Both the position numbers and the translations under genes were made by a program. The notes below the pieces were generated by a model. The model had not been told where the DNA came from and made no database searches. It saw nothing but the letters and a program-made list of their open reading frames with translations. Positions 12,286 to 24,100 of a stretch of 64,000 nucleotides of DNA are shown here, piece after piece. The stretch covers positions 14,756,001-14,820,000 of the forward strand of contig NC_082727.1 in assembly GCF_030144855.1 (NCBI RefSeq). The letters are read 5' to 3'. The DNA is from Hypanus sabinus. Lineage: Eukaryota. Numbering within the stretch: the first letter of the stretch is position 1; each line of letters opens with the position of its first letter.

Positions 12286-13130
12286 AAAGGGTCAGGTTGG
12301 AAGGATACACAGAGGGCCAGGTTTGAAGGATACACAAAGGGTCAAGTTGGAAGGATACACAGAGGGTCAGGTTTGAAGGATACACAAAGGGTCAGGTTTG
12401 AAGGATACAGAGAGGGCCAGGTTTGAAGGATACACAGAGGGCCAGGTTTGAAGGATACACGAAGGGTCAGGTTGGAAGGATACACAGAGGGCCAGGTTTG
12501 AAGGATACACAAAGGGTCAGGTTTGAAGGATACAGAGAGGGCCAGGTTTGAAGGATACACAGAGGGTCAGGTTTGAAGGATAGACAAAGGGTCAGGTTGG
12601 AAGGATACACAGAGGGCCAGGTTTGAAGGATACACAGAGGGTCAGGTTGGAAGGATACAGAGGGTCAGGTTTGAAGGATACACAAAGGGTCAAGTTTGAA
12701 GGATACAGAGAGGGCCAGGTTTGAAGGATACACAGAGGGTCAGGTTGGAAGGATACACAGAGGGCCAGGTTTGAAGAATACACAGAGGGTCAGGTTGGAA
12801 GGATACACAGAGGGCCAGGTTTGAAGGATACACAGAGGGCCAGGTTTGAAGGATACACAGAGGGTCAGGTTTGAAGGATACACAGAGGGCCAGGTTTGAA
12901 GGATACACAGAGGGTCAGGTTGGAAGGATACACAGAGGGCCAGGTTTGAAGGATACACAGAGGGCCAGGTTTGAAGGATACACGAAGGGTCAGGTTGGAA
13001 GGATACACAGAGGGCCAGGTTTGAAGGATACAGAGGGCCAGGTTTGAAGGATACACAGAGGGCCAGGTTTGAAGGATACAGAGGGCCAGGTTTGAAGGAT
13101 ACACAGAGGGTCAGGTTTGAAGGATACACA
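12286..13130. repeat. 25-bp minisatellite, ~34 copies
   Basis: Unit agaggg(t/c)caggtt(t/g)gaaggatacac, with occasional 23-bp variants. Confidence 0.95.
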
Positions 13131-13569
13131 GTCTGCCAATAAAGTGTAGTCTGGAACAGTACAGCACAGTACAGGCCCTTCAGCCCATGATGTTACACCA
13201 ACCATTAAATTTCAAATTCAATCTAATCCTTCCCTCCCACATAGCTCCCCCCATTTGTGCTGGGGGGTTGTTAGGTTGGAGAAGGCAGCAATGGATCTAC
13301 GGAGGGCTGTAACTGTAAATTTCGTCCATTATCAGACTGGAAGCCAAAGTAGGTCACCAAGCACCAGGGAGATGTGTAATTGGGTCCTGGTGTGAAACAG
13401 GACATTAAAACCAGGGCTTTGGATGACCTCACATTTATTGTATTTTAATTCTAGGTTCCTAATGATTTTCAACTCTGCCTAATTCAGAGGGGCTGATCAG
13501 AAACAGCAGCAGCTTCAGCAATGTCTAACGCTGGGGATACACTGATCAAGGGAATTAAATAAAACACAG

Positions 13570-13990
13570 CTGTATACAAAACATACAAAGTGCACAGACA
13601 GGAACATATACACATGCACATACACAAAACATATATACTGTAAAGACACACATACACAAATAGACATGCACACACTCACAAATGCACAGACACGTTCCAC
13701 ATACACACTCTCATACACAGACATACATAGGGACACAAATATTTAGACACAGGGACAAGTACATATGTTCATCAGGTATGCACACACACACAAAGAACAC
13801 ACCTTCACTCACATACATATAAAACAGCACCCAGACTGAACTCCCACATACACACAAACACAGACAAATTCACACACCCCATGAACACAAGCAATCTACA
13901 AACTCATAGAGAGACACCCACAATCATACACACACACCCTCAAACATACACAGGCCCTACAAGGATACACACACACACACACCCATACCC
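13570..13990. repeat. Degenerate (CA)n-rich tract
   Basis: Low-complexity ACAC/ATAC sequence ending in a pure (CA) run. Confidence 0.8.
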
Positions 13991-13999
13991 TAAGCTCAT

Positions 14000-14460
14000 G
14001 GCTTGCTGAAGCTAGGTCTGATGTGAGGCTAACATGAGCCATCGAGTCTGCGGTTCCCTTGGCAACCGTATTAGTATTTAATTTGCCGAAACCACGAGCA
14101 GATGTTGTGTGTGAGGGGGTTTGAGGGCTGGCAGCTCCACGGCGAGGAAGAGGGAGCGAGAGAGAGGAGCAGAGTGAACGAGAACGAGAGAAAGAAAGAA
14201 ATGTCAATTTAAATAAAACAATCTCAGCCCTCTAAGACCCGGGACCGCAATATAGCAGTGGAGATTATCGAACACTCGGTGACTTGGCAAGAAGAAAGAC
14301 ATTTTCACATCAAACCGAGGAAGGGGAAGAGCAGGAATCGCCGGGTGCCTCATCGAACCTCTTCCCCACGACTGATGATCCTGTCAACTCTCCATCGCAG
14401 AAGATAATTGTTTTTACACACATTTATTTGCAAATCCATCTCTCTCAACCTGCGAGCAGA
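14000..14460 (+). promoter_or_regulatory. Putative promoter / 5' UTR of the KCNIP alternative exon
   Basis: Non-repetitive and CpG-richer than the flanks. Contains a GA-rich tract (14146-14200), an AT-rich TTTAAATAAAA near 14208 and an X-box. Lies directly upstream of the coding exon. Confidence 0.55.
14053..14066. promoter_or_regulatory. RFX X-box motif
   Basis: GTTCCCTTGGCAAC fits the GTTNCC-N(0-3)-RGYAAC X-box consensus. It sits in a near-palindrome, CGGTTCCCTTGGCAACCG, ~400 bp upstream of the ATG. Confidence 0.55.
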
Positions 14461-14548
14461 ATGAGCGTCTGCAGGAGACGGTGCAAGAGGCAGCTGACTA
14501 AAGTAGCCCGCTTCTTCTTCAGGTTTCTGACCGGCACTTTGAGCCAAG
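14461..14548 (+). CDS. KCNIP2: Alternative first coding exon of a Kv channel-interacting protein (KChIP/KCNIP family); KCNIP2 favoured, paralog not certain
   Basis: ATG at 14461 (A at -3) encodes MSVCRRRCKRQLTKVARFFFRFLTGTLSQ plus 1 nt, then a canonical donor AAG|GTAGGA at 14549 (phase 1, 88 nt). It matches the 30-aa alternative N-termini as I recall them: KCNIP1 MSGCSKRCKLGFVKFAQTIFKLITGTLSKD, KCNIP4 MSGCRKRCKREILKFAQYLLRLLTGSLHTD, KCNIP2 MNRCPRRCRSPLGQAARSLYQLVTGSLSPD. The trailing G would start the final Asp codon. The RRC, L and AR positions favour KCNIP2. Confidence 0.8.
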
Positions 14549-15929
14549 GTAGGAGAGCTTTTGTTTCAGGTCATGTCCCTTCGTGGTCTTTCCCCCTTCC
14601 TGCTCGAGCCTCTGATGTGTGGCTATTTGACCAGGAGACAGGAGAACCCGGAGTGATGGGAAAGCTTTTTGAAAGAGTTACAACAGGGCTGGAGGGTGAA
14701 TACCCTTACTCTGCCGTAATATCTACCAAACGGTGACATTATGATTATATTAACTGTACAATTAGCGGTGATGTGAATTTAGTTATCTTAATGAGAAATC
14801 TATTTTAATGTAACCTCACCTTACGCAGAGCACGGTAAGACTGAAGGGAGATTTTTTTGTGGGGGGTGTCAGATGGGACTTGGGTGGTGGGTGTCTTTTT
14901 GCGCCCCCCCCCCCCCCAAGTATAGTTGACTCTGCCTTATAACCTCCTTGCAAAGGGTTGCCGAATCTTTGCTGCAACCCTGCCCTTCCATCTCTCTTCA
15001 CCCACCCCGACACGTTGACAAGGTTCGATAGGGGCCCTGGGGCCAATCCTCGGTGACTGGGGCATCTTGTACCACCCACTGTGATACAATTCATCAGTTC
15101 TGATGTTAAAGGAGCCGACACCACTTTGTGTGGAATCAGGGCTTTGTTCTTCACGGATTCTGTCCGTGTTGGGTTTGTTTTATCGCGCGGTGTGGAGTGA
15201 GCTTTAAAGTACTGTCTCCTTACAGTCTACTGGAAAATGACTGGTGGGACAGTGTGGAGCAAGCTTTACAGTTGTTAATCTTGCTGTGTGGAACAGGATG
15301 GAGCGAGGTCTCCGCTGTATTGAATGTATACAGTCCGTGTGTAAGGTGTGTTTGATGAGAGGCTTTGCGGCTATCGTAGTTCCGTTTCTGTTTCATACCG
15401 TTACCGGGCAAGATGTGCCTGATAGCGCCAAGTGCCAGTTGGTGCAGTGGCGGTGCTGGATCTGCTCATGGCACAGCGTGCAGACAGTAGAGGCACTGTC
15501 TCTCAGCACCAGAGACTCCGCAAGCATCGGGCTGGGTAACTTCACCCACGTCACCTCTGAACTCACCCCACAGCCTACAGACCCACTTGCAAGGACTTTT
15601 ACAACTCATTTTGCCGGTATTTTTAAAATGTGCACAATTTGTCTCCCTTTGTTTGTTTGTCAGTCTTTGTTTTGTGTAGTTTTTCGAAAATTCCGTTGTA
15701 TTTCTTTATTTTCCTGCAAGAATCTCAGGATAGTACATGGTGGCGTACCTGATGGATAATAAATTTCACCTGACTTCAGCCCCGATGCCATTCTGCACTC
15801 CCTCCAAGCGCTCAGTTTGTCTCCCATCCCTGAGATGTACACATTGGAAGGTTACTGGGCCATTGTAGACCATTCCCAGCTTGTAGGTGAGGGCCGGAAT
15901 CTAGGGAGAGTCAGCCTATCAGAATCACG

Positions 15930-16435
15930 TTCAAAATGGCCAAGTGTGTCGTAAAATTTGTTTTTGCGGCAGCAATGCTATACAATATGTAACAATAGAG
16001 AAAACAACTGAATTACGGTAATATATAAATAAACAAATGTTTAGTCTAACAATCATATAAGTAGTGCAAAAATAAAAATTAAGAAGTAGTGAGGTAGTGT
16101 TCATGGGTCCAATGTCCATTTAGAAATCGGATGGCAGAGGGGAACAAGCTGTTCCTGAATCGTTGAGTGTGTGTCTTCAGGCTCCTGTACCTCCTTCCTG
16201 ATGGTTGCAATGAGAAGGAGGCCTGTCCTGGGTGATGGGGCTACCTAGTGATGGGCGCTGCCTTTTTGAGGCACCACTCCTCGAAGATGTCCTGTTTAGT
16301 ATGGTGGCTGATGCCCATAAAAGTTCGCAATTCTCTGCAACTTACTTAGTTCCTTGTTCTTTAGCTTCCCCACCCATGGTGGTGCAGCCAGTCAAAATGC
16401 TCTCCATGGTACATCTGTAGACATTTGCGAGCATG
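15930..16435 (-). mobile_element. Rex1-like LINE 3' fragment
   Basis: cggatggcagaggggaacaagctgttcctgaatc...caggctcctgtacctccttcctgatgg is the reverse complement of the LPSGRRY 3' region. Confidence 0.7.
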
Positions 16436-17091
16436 TTTGAAAATGTGTGAATAAAATGGAACAATAGATTCCACTAATGCTATAACGATAGGATTAGTGC
16501 CAATGGGCAGTAAATGGTCAGCATGGGCATGATGGGCTGAAGGGTATGTTTCTGTTCTGTATCTCTCTATGACTTGGAGATTTACAAGGACGTTGCCAGG
16601 GCTTGAGGACCTGAGTTAGAGGGGAAGGTTGAATAGGTTAGGATTTTACTCCTTTCAACATTGGAGAATGGTGGTGGGGGATGTGCGGGGTGTGAAGAGT
16701 GTTCGGAGATCTTGTAGAGATACTCAAAATTATAAGAAAAATTATAAGGGTAATTACATTTAGGCTTTCTCCTCAAGTTGAATCACTTCACCTCTTTCAG
16801 TGGCACTGGCTGACAGAGGGAAGCACTGGTCTGGTACAAATGATTTTTCTCTGTGTAGTTAGGACAGCTGCAGTGAGAGTGATAGAGGCCCTTTCCTGAA
16901 GGCCAATGATGAACCAGATGGGTGTTAATGTCCAATGTTCAGTTTATGGTCAGTGCTGCTGAGGCCGGTGATTTCCATCAAAAATCTGGGTAGGTTTGAT
17001 TACTCAAACTAGGACAGGATTTCAACAGGATCAACCAGCCTGGGCTTTTGGCAGATCCAGTAACTATGATGGAACTTTATCACTGTTAAAC

Positions 17092-17703
17092 CTGCCCTGG
17101 GAGTATGTGATGGGACAGTGTAGAGGGAGCTTCACTCTGTATCTAACCCGTGCTGTCCCTGTCCTGGGAGTGTGTGATGGGACAGTGTAGAGGGAGCTTC
17201 ACTCTGTATCTAACCCGTGCTGTCCCTGTCCTGGGAGTGTGTGATGGGACAGTGTAGAGGGAGCTTCACTCTGTATCTAACGCATGCTGTCCCTGTCCTG
17301 GGAGTGTGTGATGGGACAGTGTAGAGGGAGTTTCACTCTGTATCTAACCCGTGCTGTCCCTGTCCTGGGAGTGTGTGATGGGACGGTGTAGAGGGAGCTT
17401 CACTCTGTATCTAACCCGTGCTGTCCCTGTCCTGGGAGTGTGTGATGGGACGGTGTAGAGGGAGCTTCACTCTGTATCTAACCCGTGCTGTCCCTGTCCT
17501 GGGACTGTGTGATGGGACAGTGCAGAGGGAGCTTCACTCTGTATCTAACCCGTGCTGTCCCTGTGCTGGGAGTGTGTGATGGGACAGTGTAGAGGGAGCT
17601 TCACTCTGTATCTAACCCATGCTGTCCCTGTGCTGGGAGTGTGTGATGGGACAGTGTAGAGGGAGCTTCACTCTGTATCTAACCTGTGCTGTCCCTGTCC
17701 TGG
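17092..17703 (+). repeat. 67-bp satellite array 1 (~9 copies)
   Basis: Unit gtccctgtcctgggagtgtgtgatgggacagtgtagagggagcttcactctgtatctaacccgtgct. Confidence 0.97.
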
Positions 17704-18744
17704 ATCATTCTGGTTAAATTATTCATTTGTATGGCAAGTGAAGGGAAAACAGTTGATTTGAAAGTGACTGATGCCTTAACATCATGTCTCTGGTATAAAT
17801 ATGAAACATCAAATTAGCGAGTCTGAGAAATGGCAGAAAGCCAAGATCTAAAGGGAATATAATCCCATAAAATATTCAATCCCTAATTAAAACACGGCCA
17901 ACTAAGAATAGTTAATAACATCATTTTTCTTTCGAAACTTCCTGCAAGCTGCTTCATCAGACCTTACATTGAATTAGTCCCTGTCACTGGCTTCAGTGGG
18001 TCTGTCAATAAGTTCTAACTGGTTCGACAGGATGCAACATCAAAGAAAAAGTTGCATTTATGTTCTACCTTTTAAAGTGGTGAAATGTCACCAGGTGCTT
18101 CGGGGGGAGGGGGGGCATTGTTACAGGATAAGAACTGATGCAGGGTGCTCTGTCTTAGGGAGTGTCCTGAAGGAATGACGAGAGAAGCATGGTGGAGAAA
18201 GAGAGAATGGCTGTGCGTGTGCGTGAGGGTGGTGGGGGGAGAGAGGAGAGATTGAAAGAGGGGAAGGGGGGGTGACAGAAAGAAGGGAGCATGTGAGGGA
18301 GAGAGAGAATGAAAGAGGGAAGAGGGAGAACAGAGGTGAGCATGGTGAGATAAGAGGGAAGCAAACAGGGAGAGAAGGAGGGGTAACTAAAATATTCGGA
18401 GAGGAATGAGACTTGGTGACCAAGTGTAAATGATAATTAGATGGTTTGGGAAAAGCAAGGGCCTTGATAGATGCATTCAGTTTGTGTGTATCACTAGCAG
18501 AATCAACATCATTTACCCTATGGCTGTGAGTGCCTGGAATATTTCAGACTGCACTGGCATTAAGCCATGCCATGAAAGGTTGGCAGATCTCTGTCTCATC
18601 ATTGAACCAGATGGCTTTTTATGACAATCTGGTTGTTCTGTAATCATCATTCTAAAACCAGCTATTTTTGTGTTAAAACTAGATTATGGACTGAAATTAA
18701 ATTTCACAGTTGTCGTGGTAGGATTTGAACCGACATTCTCTGGA

Positions 18745-19170
18745 GTGTTAAACCTGGAAGGAGTGCAGAGAAGATTTGCAAGGAGATTGCCAGGGCTCGA
18801 GAGCCTGAGTTATAGGGAGAGGTTTGACCAGGCAGGGTCTTTATTCCTTGGACTGTATGAGAATGAGGGGCAACCTTAAGGAAGTGTATTAAGTTAGGGA
18901 GGCATCTATGAGGTAACAGCATTTCCCCAGGGTAGAGGAGTCCAAAACTAGGGGCATAGGTTTTATAAGGGTTCTGAGGGGTAACTATTTCAAATAGAGG
19001 GTGGCAAGTGTGTGAATGAGCTGCCAGAGGAAGAGCACTCTAATAGGGACGTGGAGTGGAGGGGCCTGGAGGGGTGTGGGCTGAATACAATTTGGGACTA
19101 GCCGGGTGGGCACCTTAGTGGGCAAGGATTGGATGGGCTGAATAGCCTGTATTGCTTTGTGACTCTGTAT
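18745..19170 (+). mobile_element. CR1 3' fragment
   Basis: LEGVQRRFARRLPGLESLSYRER motif and CR1 3' UTR. Confidence 0.75.
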
Positions 19171-19534
19171 GGGAGGAATCTGGAACAGCCACATGGTCAC
19201 GGAGAGAAAGCAGACAGTACCGACACTCACGGTTGACCCCAGATCGCTGGATCTGCGAGGACTCGGATCTCTCTGCTGCCCCACCGTTTGGTGGGGGCTT
19301 TGACTGACTCATGAAGAGCTTTCAAAGGCGATCAAGAAGGAACTTTTTCCTTTCGCAATAGGGTCAATGACCAGAGGACACGGATTTCAAGTGATCGACT
19401 CGCGAGGTGGAAGGGCTCAGGGGGAAAGGATTCCTTCCATTCAGGGGGTAGTTTTTGCCAGTGGTGGCAGATTCTAAAACAGAAATAGAAAATACCAGAA
19501 ATACTCAAATATCCTTCAACCTGAAGTATTAGAC

Positions 19535-19900
19535 TATAAGACATAGGAGTAGAATTAGGCCATTGACCCATTCAGCCTGCTCAGCCATTCCGTCACGGCT
19601 GATTTATTATCCCTCTCAACCCCATTCTCCTGCCTTCTCTCCATAACCTTGTCACCCTTCATAACTGAGAACCTATCAACCTCCATTTTAAATATACCCA
19701 GTGACTTGGCCTCTACAGTCCTCTGTGACAATGAATCCCACAAATTCACCACCCTCTGGGTAAAGAAATTCCTCCTCATCTCTGTTCTAAAGGGACATTC
19801 TTCTATTCCAAGGCTGCACCCTCTTGTTCGAGACTCACTCATCATAGGAAACATCCTCTCCACGTCCACTCTGTCTAGGCTTTACAATATTCGGTAGGTA
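19535..19900 (-). mobile_element. CR1 3' fragment
   Basis: FRTEMRRNFFTQRVVNLWDSL; cataaga-type tail. Confidence 0.85.
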
Positions 19901-20474
19901 ATCCCACTATTAGCCACTGTAGATTGCTTCTGGTGTGCAGGCATGTGGTAGAATCTGGGGGAGTTGATGCGACTGTGGGGAAAATAAGAAGGTATGGGAC
20001 TATTAGTTTACTCCACAGGAACCATTGACCTGGTGAGTATTTCCAGCATTTTCTGTTTTTATTTTCAATTTCCCGCTGTTGGTGATAGTCATTTTCTTTT
20101 TATAAACAGATTCTATCCTGACTTTCCAAAGGGAATTGGAGCAGTTTTAGAAAGAATGCATATAGGGAAAAACCAGGCTGAGGTCTATTCAGATTGTCCT
20201 CTCCAAGAGCTAGTACAGTCATGGTGGGTTGTAACCCTGTGGAATAATAATGTCATTCCGGGTCAAATATCATCATAATCCATTTGTTTGAAGGGAAATA
20301 AATGGTTGTTTATAACCATATTTTGCAAAAAAAAATTATTTTTCCTTTTATTAAAATATGGAGACAAGGATCCATCAGACCTTTCAGCCCATCGAGTCTG
20401 TGCTGACCACTATCCCCATTTAGATGAATCCTACATTAATTCCATGAAGTCATAAACAGTATAAACACCAGTGA

Positions 20475-20660
20475 TTGTGCAGATGCTGGAAATCCAAAGC
20501 AACACACACAAAATGCTGGAGGAACTCAGCAGGTCATGCAGCATCTATGAAAATGAATAAACAGTTGATGTTTTGGGCCACCAGAATATTGCACTATGTA
20601 CCAAATCCATTGATGATGCCTAACCTGCTGAGTTCCTCCAGCATTTTGTGTGTGTTGCCA
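20475..20660. mobile_element. Palindromic Penelope-derived element (hammerhead centre lost)
   Basis: Inverted arms gcaacacacacaaaatgctggaggaactcagcagg / cctgctgagttcctccagcattttgtgtgtgttgc. Confidence 0.75.
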
Positions 20661-21197
20661 TGAGCACAACCTCATTATTCCTTTTCATGCATTAGTTACT
20701 TAGTAATATTTAGAAATTTCATATCTTGTTACTGCTGGGGTAATGTAAATTTCACAGTAGTACAAATCAATAATAATGAACTTGAACCTGATTCCCATTT
20801 TTTATTCTCCTCACATTCCATTCAACTCATCTCAGTATCTACCACACACTTACATCTGGGGAAGGGGGCAATTTACAGCGGCTAACTCACCCACCAACCC
20901 ATACATCCATCACTGGTAAAGACCCCCCCTCCCACCATGGAGCCCGTCTACAAGGAGCTACAAGAAAGCTGCATCCGTCATCAAGGACATGCTCCCATCT
21001 CACTGCCACCACCAACAGGGCAATACAGGAGCCTTGGGTTCCCCCACCACCCAGTTCAGGAACAGTTATTACCCTTCAATTATCAGCTCCTGAACCAACG
21101 TGGATAACTTCACTCCCCACACCCCTGAACTGATTCTGCAACTTATGGACCCACTTTCAAGGACTCTACAACTCTTGTTCTCAATATTATTTATATA

Positions 21198-24100
21198 CAG
21201 AGGAATCCCATTAATAGGGACACATTGGGACCAATACAATTTGGCCCAAAAAAGTAGCTGCCCCAATTAGCCAAGGTTTCATGGAAATAGTTAAAAACGT
21301 ATATTAAAAAAAAAGATAAATTGAGTAACAAAGTATGTACTAAAATACAGAACAAATTGGAACACTACCAATAGTACTACAGTACTATAAAACTCTATTA
21401 TTTCCTAATAGTTATCAATGGAGAAATTCATCATGTATGCAATGAACAAGATCAGTGCAGACACCTAGTGCAGATATTGTACTGCCTTCATACAATGTTT
21501 TTAACGATTGCATTCTCCAAGTTTTCATTTTCATTGTAACATTCAAGATTGTACTCGATACCTTCAATCTCTTTGTAGTTCCTAAATAGTTGTAGTGAAA
21601 TTGTTTCACTTTCATAAGACCATAAGATATAGGAGCAGAAGTAGGCCATTCAGCCCATCCAGTTTGCTCCACCATTCAATCATGGGCTGATCCAATTCTT
21701 CCAGTCATCCCCACTCCCCTGTTTTCACCCCATACCTTTTGATGCCCTGGCTAATCAAAGAACTATCTATCTTTGCCTTAAATGCACCCAATGACTTGGC
21801 CTCCACAGCCGCTTGTGGCAACAAATTCCACAGATTTACCATCCTCTGACTAAAGTAATTTCTCTGCATCTCAGTTCTAAATGGACGTCCTTCAATCTTG
21901 AAATCTTGCCCGCTTGTCCTAGAATCCCCTACCATGGGAAATAACTTTGCCATATGTAATCTGTTCAGGCCTTTTAACATTCGGAATGTTTCTGTGAGAT
22001 TCCCCCTCATTCTCCTGAACTCCAGGGAATACAGCCAAGAGCTGCCAGATATTCCTCATGCGGTAACCCTTTCATTCCTGGAATCATTCTCATGAATCTT
22101 CTCTGAACCCCCTCCAATGTCAGTGTATCATTTCTAAAATAAGATACGCAAAACTGCACATAATACTCCAAGTGTGGCCTCACCAGTGCCTTATAGAGTC
22201 TCAACATCACATCCCTGCTCTTATGTTCTATACCCCTAGAAATGAATGCCAACCTTTAGGGTATCATGCACAAGGTCTCCCAAGTCCCTTTGCCTCTCTG
22301 CATTTTGAATTCTCTCCCCATCTAAATAAAAGTCTGCCCATTCCCCTAAACTATCTAGGTCTCTCTGCAGGCTCTCTTTCTCCTCAACATTACCTGCTCC
22401 TCCACCTATCTTTGTATCATCAACAAATTTCGCCGCCAATCCATTAATACCATAATCCAAATCATTGACATACATCGTAAAAAGCAGCGATCCCAACACC
22501 AAACCCTGTGAAACTCCACTGGTAACCAGCAGCCAACCAGAATAGGATCCCTTTATTCCCACTCTCTGTTTTCTGCCGACTAGCCAATGCTCCATACATG
22601 CTAGTAACTTCCCTGTAATTCCATGGGCTCTTATCTTGCTAAGCAGTCTCTTATGCAGCACCTTGTCAAAGGCCTTATGAAAATCCAAGACCACCACATC
22701 TACTACATCTCCTTTGTCTACCCTGCTTGTAAGTTCCTCAAAGTATTGCAGTAGGTTTGTCAGGCAGGATTTTCCTTTCAGGAAACCATGCTGGCTTTGG
22801 CCTGTCTTGTCACGTGCCTCCAGGTACTCCGTAATCTCATCCCTAACAATCGATTCCAAAAACTTCCCAACCACTGACGTCAGGCTAACAGGTCTATAGT
22901 TTCCTTTCTGCTGCCTCCCAACCTTCTTAGATAGCGGAGCAATTTTCCAGTCATCCAGTACAATGCCAGAATCTATCAATTCTTGAAAGATCATCGTTAA
23001 TACCTCCACAATCTCCAGCTTCCTTCAGAATCCAAGGGTGCGTTCCATCAGGTCCAGGAGATTTATCCACCCTCAGACCATGAAGCTTCCTGAGTACTTT
23101 CTCAGTCATAATTTTCACTGCACAAACTTCACCTCCGACACCCTTGAATGTCCAGTATACTGCAGACATTTCCACTGTGAAGAATGATACAAAATATGCG
23201 TTCAGTTCCTCTGCCATCTCTGCATCTCTCATTACAGTATCTCCAGCATCATTTTGTATTGGTCCTATATCTACGCTCAACTCACTTTTTATCATTTATA
23301 TACTTAAAAAAGCTTTTAGTATCTTCTTTGATGTTAGTTCCCAGCTTCCTTTCATAATTCATCTTGTCCTTCCTAATGACCTTCTTAGTTTCCTTCTGCA
23401 GGTTTTTAAAAGCTCCCCAATCCTCTATCTTCCCACTACCTCTGCCTTCCTTGTATGCCCTCTCTTTTGCTTTTACTTTGGCTCTGACTTCACTTGTTAG
23501 CCACGGTACTGTTCTTCCCTTTGAAAATTTCTTCCTATTTGGAATATATCTGTCTTGCACTTCCCATTGCTGCTCTGCTGTCCTTCCTGCAAATGTCCCT
23601 TTCCGGTCAACTTCGGCCAGTTCCCCTCTCATGCCATTGTAATTTCCTTTATTCCACCGAAATATGGACACATTGGATTTTATCTTTTCCCTCTCAAATA
23701 TCAAAGTGAACTCGATCATATTGTGATCACTGTTCCCTAAGTGTTCCTTAACCCTCAGCTCTCTTATCACCTCCGGATCATAGCACAGCACCCAATCCAG
23801 TGCAGCCGATCCCCTCGTGGGCTCAACAACAAGCTGTTCTAAAGAGCCATCCCTTCGACATTCTACAAATTCTCTCTCTTGATGTCCAGAATTGACCTGG
23901 TTTTCCCTATCCACTTTCATGTTAAAGTCCCCAACGATTATCATGACATTGCTCTTCTCACACGCCTTTTCTACCTCCTTCTGTAATTTGTAATCCACAT
24001 CCCGGCTGCTGTTTGGAGGCCTGTATACAACTGCCATTAGGGTCCTTTTACCCTTGCCGTTTCTTAACTCAACCCATAGAAGCTCTGCACCTTGAGATCC

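Noticed and set aside
11957-13205. Repetitive MYPSNL.. ORFs
   Set aside because: Translations of the 25-bp minisatellite.
14284-14736. 150-aa single-exon ORF
   Set aside because: It starts at TTG and reads through a canonical donor at 14549. Only 14461-14548 resembles a known protein.
15248-15290. DSVEQALQL as the next KCNIP exon (DSVEDELE-like)
   Set aside because: No AG acceptor or pyrimidine tract at the required position, and no following HRPEGL/EF-hand sequence.
15502-15522. REST/RE1-like CTCAGCACCAGAGACTCCGC
   Set aside because: Only the left half-site matches, and it lies in SINE-like sequence.
17092-17703. 67-bp, 56-bp and 25-bp arrays as CRISPR arrays
   Set aside because: Head-to-tail identical units with no unique spacers, no cas genes, and a eukaryotic context.
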